Virus record (IMG/VR): IMGVR_UViG_2706794668_000011
Length of the DNA: 64,000 bases
Direction: 5' to 3' (one strand)
Source of the DNA: a virus
Taxonomy: Duplodnaviria > Heunggongvirae > Uroviricota > Caudoviricetes
Shown: positions 35,835 through 44,586 of the stretch, piece after piece
Layout: the number at the start of each line of letters is the position of its first letter
How positions within the stretch are numbered: the first letter of the stretch is position 1
Translations under genes and position numbers: made by a program
Notes under the pieces: model-generated
Seen by the model: only the letters and a program-made list of their open reading frames with translations
Databases searched by the model: none
Told to the model about the DNA's origin: nothing

Positions 35835-37394
35835 CTAATCTCGTTTCAGAACTCCAAAATCGAATGCGCCATCAATAGGCAATACACCTTCTGCAAAGCC
35901 AGGTGTGGTGTCGATGATGTGTTTTCGCTCATAAGAGTGAGACAACAGGTATTTGTTGCTAATGTCAATGAAATCAGTGATAAAACACACGTTTGCCTGA
36001 TTCTTCTTGGCTCGTAAGCCACGACCGACACGCTGCCTCATTTCAACTTCTGCTTTCCCACCACCAGCAAGAATGACCGCACCAACGCTTGGCACATCAA
36101 CACCGACATCCAGAATAGTCGAGCCTATTAAAACATCTATTTCTCCAGACGCTAAACTGTTCAGCTTTGCTTGCCTTGTCGCCTGGTTAGATTCCCCATA
36201 GATGAAGTCAACTCTAAGGCCGGACTCTTTCATCATTTCCATCAGGATTTGCCCGTGGCGTTTAAGGCGAACCAGAGTCATACAATTGAGAGAATGTTGC
36301 TTATAGAGCAATGCTTCGCGCACAATGGCCTCGTTACGTCCCAAATTATACACGATCCCCAACTGATAAGCCTTTTGGTAGGCGGTGCTCATACCAACTC
36401 TAAAATTGAGGTGTTTGTTGGCAAGTTCGGCCTTGATTCTGGCCTCGTCTGGCTTGTAGGCAACTTTATGATAAAGGAAGTACGGCTTTGCCAGAATGCC
36501 TCGATCAATCAGATACTTTTCTGTGACTTTAATTTCAATTCGCCCGGCCACCGCCATCAGGCGCATGTTGGCTTCCGTCGAATCCTTCATGAACGGCGTG
36601 GCTGTAAGCGCCAGACGATAGTCTGCGTTCACACATAATCTGGCGATGTCATAGAAATTTGAGCCTGAAGACTCATGCGCCTCTTCCAGAATAAGAAGAG
36701 AGACACTTGAAAGGAAGCGTTTCACCAACTCCCGACGTTTGAGGTGGTAGCTTTTCTTATCTGGTGTTGCATCGCGTGGTGGTTCTTCGAGGAAACTTGC
36801 AAGAGTTTGAACTGTAGCGACGTTGATATGTCGTGATACCTGGAACTCACCCGAGCCAATGACTCCAACCTTTTGGTCTTTTAACCACGGTTCGCCATTT
36901 TTGGCGCGGTAGTCGATGGATCTCTGGAAGTTTTCGGCCATTTGAAACATCAGAACAGAGCGGGTTGTTAAAAATAATGTCATTCGACCGATACGTGCAG
37001 CTGCTTTGCAGGCAACGTTAGATTTCCCGCCACCAGTAGCGATCTGCGCAATCATCATTCCCTCTCGAACCAGTGTTTCCACAGTCTGATCCTGATACGC
37101 ATAATCAGGATTGTATGGGAATGGGTTAACCGCCGGATTTGGTTTACCAAGCGCCGGGGCTTTGTCTTTGCGGATATGAACACATTTGATGCCCGCCTTG
37201 TTCAAATTAGCCGCCACGGGCTTGGCAAAGCCAGCAGGGAACGAGTTTTTGCTCCAGTTGAACATTGTGCTTGTGCCCTTCCAGTCGCCAGCCTCGACTT
37301 CGTAGCTCAACATTTGCTGCACCAGTTGCTTTACCTTGTCATCTGCGCCAGAAATAAGCGCATTTACTGCGTTAGATACAATCCGAACAGTCAT
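35835..37394 (-). CDS. superfamily-2 DNA/RNA helicase (DEAH-like)
   Basis: 519 aa; motif I ATGGGKS, motif II LEEAHE, motif III LTATPF, motif VI QRVGRGLR. Confidence 0.8.
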   Translation of the reverse strand: MTVRIVSNAVNALISGADDKVKQLVQQMLSYEVEAGDWKGTSTMFNWSKNSFPAGFAKPVAANLNKAGIKCVHIRKDKAPALGKPNPAVNPFPYNPDYAYQDQTVETLVREGMMIAQIATGGGKSNVACKAAARIGRMTLFLTTRSVLMFQMAENFQRSIDYRAKNGEPWLKDQKVGVIGSGEFQVSRHINVATVQTLASFLEEPPRDATPDKKSYHLKRRELVKRFLSSVSLLILEEAHESSGSNFYDIARLCVNADYRLALTATPFMKDSTEANMRLMAVAGRIEIKVTEKYLIDRGILAKPYFLYHKVAYKPDEARIKAELANKHLNFRVGMSTAYQKAYQLGIVYNLGRNEAIVREALLYKQHSLNCMTLVRLKRHGQILMEMMKESGLRVDFIYGESNQATRQAKLNSLASGEIDVLIGSTILDVGVDVPSVGAVILAGGGKAEVEMRQRVGRGLRAKKNQANVCFITDFIDISNKYLLSHSYERKHIIDTTPGFAEGVLPIDGAFDFGVLKRD

Positions 37395-37435
37395 AAACCT
37401 CTTTCCTTAGTGCCTTTTGTATGTTATTTGGCTAT

Positions 37436-37462
37436 TATAATAAGTAAGTGATTACTTAGTGG
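37436..37462. promoter_or_regulatory. motif B variant (tataataagtaagtgattacttagtgg) in divergent promoter region
   Basis: taagta/tactta inverted repeat between helicase and ParB-like gene starts. Confidence 0.4.
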
Positions 37463-37476
37463 ATTGTAGCAATAAA

Positions 37477-38157
37477 ATGGACGTAAAAATCACGATTTTG
37501 CAGGTTGATGTTGCCAACCTTCGCCCGAATACCTGGAACACCAATTCGGTTGGTGCGCAGAATTTCGAAAAACTGAAAGGTTCTATCGAAAAATTGGGCT
37601 TTTTTAAGCCAATTTTGGCTCGTGAACTTGAAGATGGATTTTTTGAAATCCTCGGCGGCGAACATCGCTGGCGTGCCGCTATTGAGCAAGGAATTTCAAC
37701 GGTTCCAGTGCTTTCTGTGGGCAAAATTAGCGATGTCGTAGCTAAACAGATGTCACTGGTGGACAACGAGCGATACGGTGAAGACGACCAAATCGCATTG
37801 CAACGCTTCATTGAAGAAATTCAGTCAGAACTTGACTATCAACTGTCTGAAATCGCCCCGTATGACGACGAAATCTCGATGGTTTTAGCAAAAGAGGCGG
37901 CAATCGACCTTGAAGCACTGGAGGCGTTGTCTCGTGGTAGTGATGAGCCTGTCGATACCGACAAACGAGAGAAAACCGAACGTGTGGGGGCGGAACATCA
38001 GACCATGCGCTTCAAAGTAACTTTCGATGCGTCAGATCGTGTTGCAGAAACCATAAAAAACATCATCAAAGAGCAGGCTATTAACACCGGTAATGAAATG
38101 GAGAACGCTGGTGAGGCTCTGGTGTGGCTGGTCGACTACTACAAGGAGCGTATGTAA
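37477..38157 (+). CDS. ParB/Srx-fold protein 1
   Basis: N-terminal ParB-type motif LGGEHRWRAA; start taken at first ATG (the track ORF starts at GTG 37459). Confidence 0.6.
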   Translation: MDVKITILQVDVANLRPNTWNTNSVGAQNFEKLKGSIEKLGFFKPILARELEDGFFEILGGEHRWRAAIEQGISTVPVLSVGKISDVVAKQMSLVDNERYGEDDQIALQRFIEEIQSELDYQLSEIAPYDDEISMVLAKEAAIDLEALEALSRGSDEPVDTDKREKTERVGAEHQTMRFKVTFDASDRVAETIKNIIKEQAINTGNEMENAGEALVWLVDYYKERM

Positions 38158-38825
38158 TGACCAAAAAGTTTGAAATCGTATATCGCGACCCGGCAGATCT
38201 TATTCCCTATGAGATGAATGCCAAAAAGCATGATGAACAGCAGATCAGAGATCTGGCCGCAGCCATTAAAAAGCGCGGATTTGACCAGCCAATTACGGTC
38301 GATAAGAACGACGTAATTATTACTGGCCACGGCCGTCGTGAGGCTGCAATTTTTGCTGGACTTGAGCGTGTACCGGTTATTGTTCGCGATGATCTCAGTG
38401 ATGACGAGGTTCGTGCGAAGCGCCTTGAAGATAACCGACTTGCCAGCATTGATTACGATGCAATTAAGCTACAGAAAGAGCTTGAGTCGCTTGTTCTGGA
38501 CGATATCGAGGTTTTCGGCTTCGAAGAGCGTGAGTTGAATGTTCTCGTTGGCAGTATGACAGAAGAAATGGACACCGACTCGCTAGTTATCGATCTTGGC
38601 GAAGAAACTAAACGACAGAAGGATGAACACACCGAGATCAGTCGTGAAGTTGCAGCGGAAGAAGTACGTGTTGTCGACGTATTGGGCTTTAAAACGCTTC
38701 CTGCTGGCTCTGCCATTGTTGTTGGTGATTTGCTTGCCCACATGGAAGAAATGACGGGAGAAAGCGGGGTAGACGCATTTGTGGCATATGCGGAGAAAAT
38801 CTCTTCCGGGGAGATGGCTGCATGA
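38157..38825 (+). CDS. ParB/Srx-fold protein 2 (tandem paralogue)
   Basis: ParB-type motif ITGHGRREAA; RBS aaggag; ATG overlaps upstream stop. Confidence 0.65.
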   Translation: MTKKFEIVYRDPADLIPYEMNAKKHDEQQIRDLAAAIKKRGFDQPITVDKNDVIITGHGRREAAIFAGLERVPVIVRDDLSDDEVRAKRLEDNRLASIDYDAIKLQKELESLVLDDIEVFGFEERELNVLVGSMTEEMDTDSLVIDLGEETKRQKDEHTEISREVAAEEVRVVDVLGFKTLPAGSAIVVGDLLAHMEEMTGESGVDAFVAYAEKISSGEMAA

Positions 38826-39460
38826 GCAAATACATCATCAACGTATCGTTTCAGACACGCGTAAATAAAACCACGCGCACGTTGGAAATCGCTGAGTCGT
38901 TCGGGCTTGGCCTGGACGAAAAAGAGTGGACGCTTTACGACAATCTGGAGCTGGAAGTGAAGCAGGGCGATGTGGTGTACATCACCGGCCAATCCGGTTC
39001 CGGCAAATCCGTTGTGCTGCGCGAGTTGCAACGACAGATGAAGGATGAAGGGCTGTCTGTAGCCTCCATCGATGATTTTACCTTCGATAATGAGGTTAAC
39101 GTCATCGATCAGTTGGGCAAAACGACCAGTGATGCGCTTGGGTTGTTATCTATGGCTGGTCTGAACGATGCATATCTGTTTGTTCGCAAGCCTTCTGAAA
39201 TGTCAGACGGCCAGAAATATCGTCTCAAGATTGCCAAACTGATTGAGTCAGGCGCTAAAGTATGGGCTGCTGACGAGTTCGGCGCTGTTCTAGACCGTGT
39301 AACCGCTCAGGTTGTGGCGTCTAACCTCCAGCGTGCCGCTCGAAAGGTTGGTGCGACGGTAATGGTGGCGACGACTCACGAAGACCTGAAGAACGCGCTG
39401 CGCCCGGATATGCAGATCACCAAGCACTACAAAGAACGCGTGAAGGTGGAATATGCCTGA
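38822..39460 (+). CDS. ABC-type ATPase (nucleotide-binding-domain fold only)
   Basis: 212 aa; Walker A GQSGSGKS, signature-like SDGQKYR, Walker B VWAADEFG, H-loop TTHED; overlaps upstream stop. Confidence 0.6.
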   Translation: MSKYIINVSFQTRVNKTTRTLEIAESFGLGLDEKEWTLYDNLELEVKQGDVVYITGQSGSGKSVVLRELQRQMKDEGLSVASIDDFTFDNEVNVIDQLGKTTSDALGLLSMAGLNDAYLFVRKPSEMSDGQKYRLKIAKLIESGAKVWAADEFGAVLDRVTAQVVASNLQRAARKVGATVMVATTHEDLKNALRPDMQITKHYKERVKVEYA

Positions 39461-39707
39461 TTTGAAGATCGTAGAGCTGAAGCCATCGAAAGAGACTGAT
39501 AACAACAACGTGGAAGTCATCCGCCTGCTGGAAGAAGCACTTCAGCACGCCAGAGAAGGAAAAAGCCAGAGCCTGGCGCTGTTGATGATCAACAACGACG
39601 GCAGTGTTCTTGATTGCTGGCATAACGGCGGGCGCCCGTATGTCATGGTAGGGGCGATGGAGTCTCTTCGCCTGGATTTCATCAATGCCAATATCGAGCG
39701 CAGGTGA
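39453..39707 (+). CDS. hypothetical small protein
   Basis: 84-aa ORF overlapping upstream stop. Confidence 0.45.
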   Translation: MPDLKIVELKPSKETDNNNVEVIRLLEEALQHAREGKSQSLALLMINNDGSVLDCWHNGGRPYVMVGAMESLRLDFINANIERR

Positions 39708-39712
39708 TCGAC

Positions 39713-40603
39713 ATGGCAGATATCATCATCAAACGCTACCGCCCTGAAGAGTTTCCGCGTCATCTGGACTTTCTGGAGCGAATGACTGTCACAAAGGGAA
39801 CTGTAGAGGACTGGCACGCTCTTAAGTCGCTTCACTACAAAACAGACGGCAAACCTTTCGCGCCAACTTACTATCGCTGCGAACTTGATGACCGTCTGGT
39901 GGGCGTCGTGGTTATGGCTTACCCGAAACTACTGTTGGCACCTCGCCACCGCATGTTTCCTAAGTTGAAACCAACCACTAATACCACCGTAGCTAACCAG
40001 TACTGGGGTCGGTACGTGAATAACAACTTTGCGGTGATCAGTCGCTCAGTTGTGGATACTCAGTATCGTGGCGTAGGCGTCTCTTATCGAATGATTAACC
40101 TGGTTAGCAGGATGCATGACCGGCCAATCATTGAGATCCAGTCCTCGATGAGCAAATACAATCCCTTCGCCATGAAAGCAGGGTTTAAGTTCATCCGCCC
40201 TGAGCGACCGAAGAGCTATGAAAGTGCACTGCGTGTATTCCAGCGCCATTTCCGTTCCGACCCTGGTGATAACGAGGCGATCGTCAAAGAGTTGTTCGCA
40301 ATGAGCGAGTCTCGTCGTCGCCGTGCACTGCGTGATCTGGTGGCGGACTACCACAAGAACAGTTCCCTGGCAAAAGCTGGGCGGAATCGTGGCACGACGA
40401 TTCAGGACATTGCCGACAGTCTGGTGGACGAGGCCAGCATTGTGAAGCTGCTCAAGGACATTCACAACCTGAGCTTTACGTCTCCGTTGTATGGTGTGTA
40501 CCGAAACCCTGACTTTGGTCGTCGACTGCCTGACACGCTGCCACTGCTGGCATTCGACAAACAACCTTTGGATAAACCGTTAGAAATTGCTTTACCGGCA
40601 TAA
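39713..40603 (+). CDS. GNAT-like acyltransferase-fold protein with C-terminal extension
   Basis: 296 aa from ATG after aggtga; QYRGVGVSYRMI resembles the GNAT acyl-CoA-binding motif. Confidence 0.45.
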   Translation: MADIIIKRYRPEEFPRHLDFLERMTVTKGTVEDWHALKSLHYKTDGKPFAPTYYRCELDDRLVGVVVMAYPKLLLAPRHRMFPKLKPTTNTTVANQYWGRYVNNNFAVISRSVVDTQYRGVGVSYRMINLVSRMHDRPIIEIQSSMSKYNPFAMKAGFKFIRPERPKSYESALRVFQRHFRSDPGDNEAIVKELFAMSESRRRRALRDLVADYHKNSSLAKAGRNRGTTIQDIADSLVDEASIVKLLKDIHNLSFTSPLYGVYRNPDFGRRLPDTLPLLAFDKQPLDKPLEIALPA

Positions 40604-40612
40604 GGATTTGCC

Positions 40613-40879
40613 ATGACGTTAACCGACAAACAAAAGGACATCATCAAAACGCTCAATCTCGGTTATGAGCGAGGTCATCTACTTGATCTGGACGAATTGC
40701 TTGAAGTTTTGCCGTACAAGACAACCAAGCAAAGCATCCAGTTCTCAATTCGCGCTCTGATAAAAAAGGGGCTGGTGGAGAAAGGACATACGCGCCAACG
40801 CAGTGACAATCGCTATCACCGCCGGACTCTTGGGTTAACCACTTTAGGTCGAGCCAAAGCGAAGTTACTGGTGATGTAA
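40613..40879 (+). CDS. small winged-helix-like DNA-binding protein
   Basis: 88 aa, RBS aagga; basic C-terminal half; helix-turn-helix character inferred only. Confidence 0.4.
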   Translation: MTLTDKQKDIIKTLNLGYERGHLLDLDELLEVLPYKTTKQSIQFSIRALIKKGLVEKGHTRQRSDNRYHRRTLGLTTLGRAKAKLLVM

Positions 40880-40903
40880 TCGGTCTGGGAGCTTATTTAA
40901 AGA

Positions 40904-40959
40904 CCTGCTTCTGTATATATAAATAATAAGTAACTTATTAAATATATACAGAAGCAGGC
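40904..40959. repeat. long palindromic element, copy 2 (perfect 17-bp arms cctgcttctgtatatat)
   Basis: Perfect inverted repeat around a 22-nt AT-rich loop; same arm sequence as 15168-15228; sits between the wHTH gene and terS. Confidence 0.7.
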
Positions 40960-40993
40960 TTAGTAAGACATGCCCAGACCTAATTAAACACCC

Positions 40994-41010
40994 CAGAAAA
41001 CAAGTTGGTT
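40994..41010. promoter_or_regulatory. motif A copy (cagaaaacaagttggtt)
   Basis: First of two copies upstream of terS. Confidence 0.5.
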
Positions 41011-41021
41011 AGCATATGCAG

Positions 41022-41037
41022 TAAACAAGTTGTTTTA
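41022..41037. promoter_or_regulatory. motif A copy (taaacaagttgtttta)
   Basis: 39 nt upstream of terS ATG. Confidence 0.55.
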
Positions 41038-41075
41038 GAGCGCATGGACGCGCTCTGTGTGTTTTAGAGGGATCT

Positions 41076-41708
41076 ATGACGGTCGAAAAAGACGAGGTAA
41101 AAACTCGCCTGACACCAGCGGAGTGGGCCGAAGCTGAAGCCAAATGGACGTCAGGCGAATATACACTCTCAAAGCTGGAGGAAGAGTACGGCATTCGTCG
41201 TGAAACACTCTCCAGACATTTCAAAAAGCGAGGATTAGAGAAAGGCGCGGACTCTGTTGGGAAGATGGTTCGTGAGTCTCTTAAATCTGACGCAGAGCTT
41301 CGCGCTAAAGCCCGTGCGGAAAAGATAGAAGAACGTCGTACACGTTATGACGGCTGGGCGTATGCGTTGGGGCAGATGGTGATGGTCGAAGTCACTACGG
41401 CCAAACGTGAGGGTAAGCCTTTAGGGGCGATTGAGGATTCTCTCAAGAGCTTACAGAGAGCCAGTAATACTCTTGCAAAATGCTTTGAAGTTTCGTCCAA
41501 AGCATTGGGCATGGATCATGCGGAAAATGACGAGGAAGAAATTCCGAACCTGGTATTTGGTGAGCTTACGCCTTCCCAGGTGGCGAAATTACGTCAGGAA
41601 GACGACGAGCCTGAAATCATCGATGACGAATTGCTTGAGACGTTGGAAGAAGAAGCTCTAAGCGAATTTGATGCGACAGATGATGGAAGTGAAGGGGAGG
41701 ACGAATAA
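41076..41708 (+). CDS. terminase small subunit (putative)
   Basis: 210 aa; N-terminal HTH-like segment, acidic C-terminus; immediately precedes the large terminase. Confidence 0.65.
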   Translation: MTVEKDEVKTRLTPAEWAEAEAKWTSGEYTLSKLEEEYGIRRETLSRHFKKRGLEKGADSVGKMVRESLKSDAELRAKARAEKIEERRTRYDGWAYALGQMVMVEVTTAKREGKPLGAIEDSLKSLQRASNTLAKCFEVSSKALGMDHAENDEEEIPNLVFGELTPSQVAKLRQEDDEPEIIDDELLETLEEEALSEFDATDDGSEGEDE

Positions 41709-42964
41709 TGGCAATCCCGTCCTCGCTCAGTCTTGTGCAACTGCATTCTGGACAGATGAAAGTCTTCCAGTCTCCGCATCGATTTAAAGTTGTTTGTGCT
41801 GGTCGACGCTGGGGAAAATCCCGGTTGTCGATCTCCACTATTATTCGTGCGGCGGCAAAGGAAAAAAAGCAAAGAGTCTGGTATGTCGCTCCTACTTACC
41901 AGATGGCTCGCCAGATTTTGTGGGACGATCTACAGGAAGTTCTGCCTCGTAAGTGGGTTAGGAAAAAGAACGACACCACGATGACAATCGTGTTGAAGAA
42001 CGGTTCGGAGATCGCCCTCAAAGGTGCTGATAAGCCTGACACTCTGCGCGGCGTAGCGTTGCATTTTGTAGTGCTTGATGAATTTCAGGATATGAAGGCT
42101 GACACCTGGTACAAGGTGTTACGACCTACTCTTTCATCGACACGCGGCGGTGCACTGATCATTGGTACGCCAAAAGGCTTCTCGGAATTTCACAAACTGT
42201 GGACTATAGGCCAGAACGTAGAGCTGCAAAGAAAGGGACAGTGGAAGAGCTGGCAGTTTGTAACTGCCGATTCTCCGTTTGTACCTACGGCGGAAATTGA
42301 AGCTGCTAAGAACGATATGGACCCGAAATCGTTCGCTCAGGAGTACCTGGCGAGCTTTGAGAACATGTCCGGGCGCGTTTACTACCCGTTCGATCGTAAC
42401 GTGCATGTAAAACCGCTTCAGTTCAACCCTCGGTTGCCTATATGGGTAGGGCAGGACTTCAACATTGACCCGATGTCTTCAGTAATTTTGCAACCTCAGC
42501 CAAATGGTGAGCTATGGGCAATTGATGAATTGGTGCTCTTTTCCTCTAACACGGCAGAAGTTTGTGATGAGCTTGAGAGACGCTTCTGGCGCTGGAAATC
42601 ACAGGTAACGGTATTTCCAGATCCGGCAGGTGCTTATCGCCAACATGCTCGTGGGGAGTCTGACGTAGACATATTCAAAGAGAAGGGATTCTTACGTGTC
42701 GATTATTCGAAAAAGCACCCGCCAATTGCGGATCGTGTTAATGCTGTTAACCGAATGCTGATGTCCGCATCTGGAGATATCCGGCTGTATATCGATCCGA
42801 AGTGCAAGCATTTGATTGATTCACTGGAAAAAGTCATCTACAAGCCTGGAACACGAGATATGGATAAGACAGGTGGCATTGAGCATAGTGCAGACGCATT
42901 GGGCTATCCAGTACATCGTAGGTATCCAGTAAAAAATCGTGTTATTCTTGGTGGTTCTCGATAG
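41708..42964 (+). CDS. terminase large subunit
   Basis: 418 aa; Walker A CAGRRWGKS, Walker B VVLDEF, C-terminal nuclease-like acidic motifs. Confidence 0.8.
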   Translation: MAIPSSLSLVQLHSGQMKVFQSPHRFKVVCAGRRWGKSRLSISTIIRAAAKEKKQRVWYVAPTYQMARQILWDDLQEVLPRKWVRKKNDTTMTIVLKNGSEIALKGADKPDTLRGVALHFVVLDEFQDMKADTWYKVLRPTLSSTRGGALIIGTPKGFSEFHKLWTIGQNVELQRKGQWKSWQFVTADSPFVPTAEIEAAKNDMDPKSFAQEYLASFENMSGRVYYPFDRNVHVKPLQFNPRLPIWVGQDFNIDPMSSVILQPQPNGELWAIDELVLFSSNTAEVCDELERRFWRWKSQVTVFPDPAGAYRQHARGESDVDIFKEKGFLRVDYSKKHPPIADRVNAVNRMLMSASGDIRLYIDPKCKHLIDSLEKVIYKPGTRDMDKTGGIEHSADALGYPVHRRYPVKNRVILGGSR

Positions 42965-42982
42965 GTAAGTAATTATCTAAGG
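42961..42982. promoter_or_regulatory. motif B copy (ataggtaagtaattatctaagg)
   Basis: Contains the terL TAG stop. Confidence 0.5.
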
Positions 42983-42990
42983 TTATTCAA

Positions 42991-44565
42991 ATGGAATTGA
43001 ACGACAAACAAATTAAGGATCTGGTGGCGCGACGCCACCCGGAATACGAAAAGAAAAAAGAACATTGGGACTTCCTCGCCAGCACTTACGCTGGCGGGCG
43101 TGGTTGGTTTACAGACAATATCTTTCGTTACTTTAAAGAGGGAGATCAGGAGTTTAAGGAGCGAGTTGAACGTGCTTATCGCTTCAACCACACTCGTGAG
43201 GTGGTAAACCTCATCAACAAATATCTCTTTAAAGAAGACATTCATAGAAATATCGAAGAGGCACCAGAGCAGATCCGCAATTTCTGGAAACGTGCGACTC
43301 GCCAGAATGCCTCTATTGACTCATTTATGGCCGCTATTGATTTGCAGTCGTCTATTTACGGTCGCATATGGGTTGTTGTCGATAGCACGATGAGTGGTGA
43401 TGTTGAGTCAGTAGCTGACGAGAAAAAGAAAGATGCTCGCGCCTACGCCTACTGGATTTCACCTCAGCAAATGCTGGATGTGGCATGGGACGACGACGGG
43501 AATATGTTGTGGGCGTTAATTGTGGAAGTCGCTCGTGATGACGCAGATCCTTTTACTTCTACAGGTCAGGAATACCAACGTTATCGTCTGTGGACACAAA
43601 ACGAGTGGTATCTGTTCCGTGAGGAAGTGAAGAAGGGCGCTGGTGGAGCAGGTCGCCGTCAGGCAAAAGTTATTTTAGAGGATAGCGGTGAGCATAATCT
43701 CGGCGTAGTTCCTGTGTTTCCTGTTGATTGTATTGGAGAAAGTGAATCACCGTATTTCAGCCCATCGTTGATCGATGATATCGCTTATCTTGATCGTGCG
43801 GTTGCAAACTATCTGTCAAACCTTGATGCCATTATTCAGGATCAGACATTTAGCCAGTTGGCTATACCGGTACAGTCGCTTTTACCTGGTGATGAAAACC
43901 ACACTAAAGTGCTTGAAATGGGCACAAAGCGAGTCTTCACCTACGATTCTGAAGGTGGAAACCAGCCGTTTTATCTGTCACCAGACCCGAAACAAGCTCA
44001 GATGATCATCACTACGATTAAGACGGTGATTAACGAAATCTACCATTCAGTTGGTGTAGCTGGTGAGCGAACGAAGCAGGACAACGCACAGGGAATCGAT
44101 AATTCATCTGGTGCCGCAAAAATGTATGACTTCCAGCGTGTAAATAGCTTGCTTGTCACAAAAGCAGAGCGTCTGGAAAGGGCTGAACGCCAAATCATGC
44201 TACTGGTTGCGAAATGGATGGGGGTAGATCTGGACGAAGACCACTCTTTAATTGCGTATCCAGAAAGTTTCGATATTCGTGGCCTTACTGATGAATTTTC
44301 TGTTGCCGAGAAACTGTCATTACTTCAGGCACCGGACTCTGTACGTCGTCACCAGATGGAAATGCTTATTGAGAAGATTTTCCCGAACATTACTGAGGCG
44401 ATGAAAAAGGAATTTGATAAAGATCTCTTGAATTTTCCTCCAAAAAATGATCTAAATACCCTTGAAAATAAGTCAGTACTTACTTATGATCGTGGTGCAG
44501 CCCAAGAAAGCGGGCAAGATCAACCCCGAGGGAATGGGGACTCATCTACTCAAGAGAACGAGTGA
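42991..44565 (+). CDS. portal protein
   Basis: 524 aa; position directly after terL and before scaffold and capsid genes. Confidence 0.75.
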   Translation: MELNDKQIKDLVARRHPEYEKKKEHWDFLASTYAGGRGWFTDNIFRYFKEGDQEFKERVERAYRFNHTREVVNLINKYLFKEDIHRNIEEAPEQIRNFWKRATRQNASIDSFMAAIDLQSSIYGRIWVVVDSTMSGDVESVADEKKKDARAYAYWISPQQMLDVAWDDDGNMLWALIVEVARDDADPFTSTGQEYQRYRLWTQNEWYLFREEVKKGAGGAGRRQAKVILEDSGEHNLGVVPVFPVDCIGESESPYFSPSLIDDIAYLDRAVANYLSNLDAIIQDQTFSQLAIPVQSLLPGDENHTKVLEMGTKRVFTYDSEGGNQPFYLSPDPKQAQMIITTIKTVINEIYHSVGVAGERTKQDNAQGIDNSSGAAKMYDFQRVNSLLVTKAERLERAERQIMLLVAKWMGVDLDEDHSLIAYPESFDIRGLTDEFSVAEKLSLLQAPDSVRRHQMEMLIEKIFPNITEAMKKEFDKDLLNFPPKNDLNTLENKSVLTYDRGAAQESGQDQPRGNGDSSTQENE

Positions 44566-44586
44566 TAAGTAACAAAAGGAATTTTT

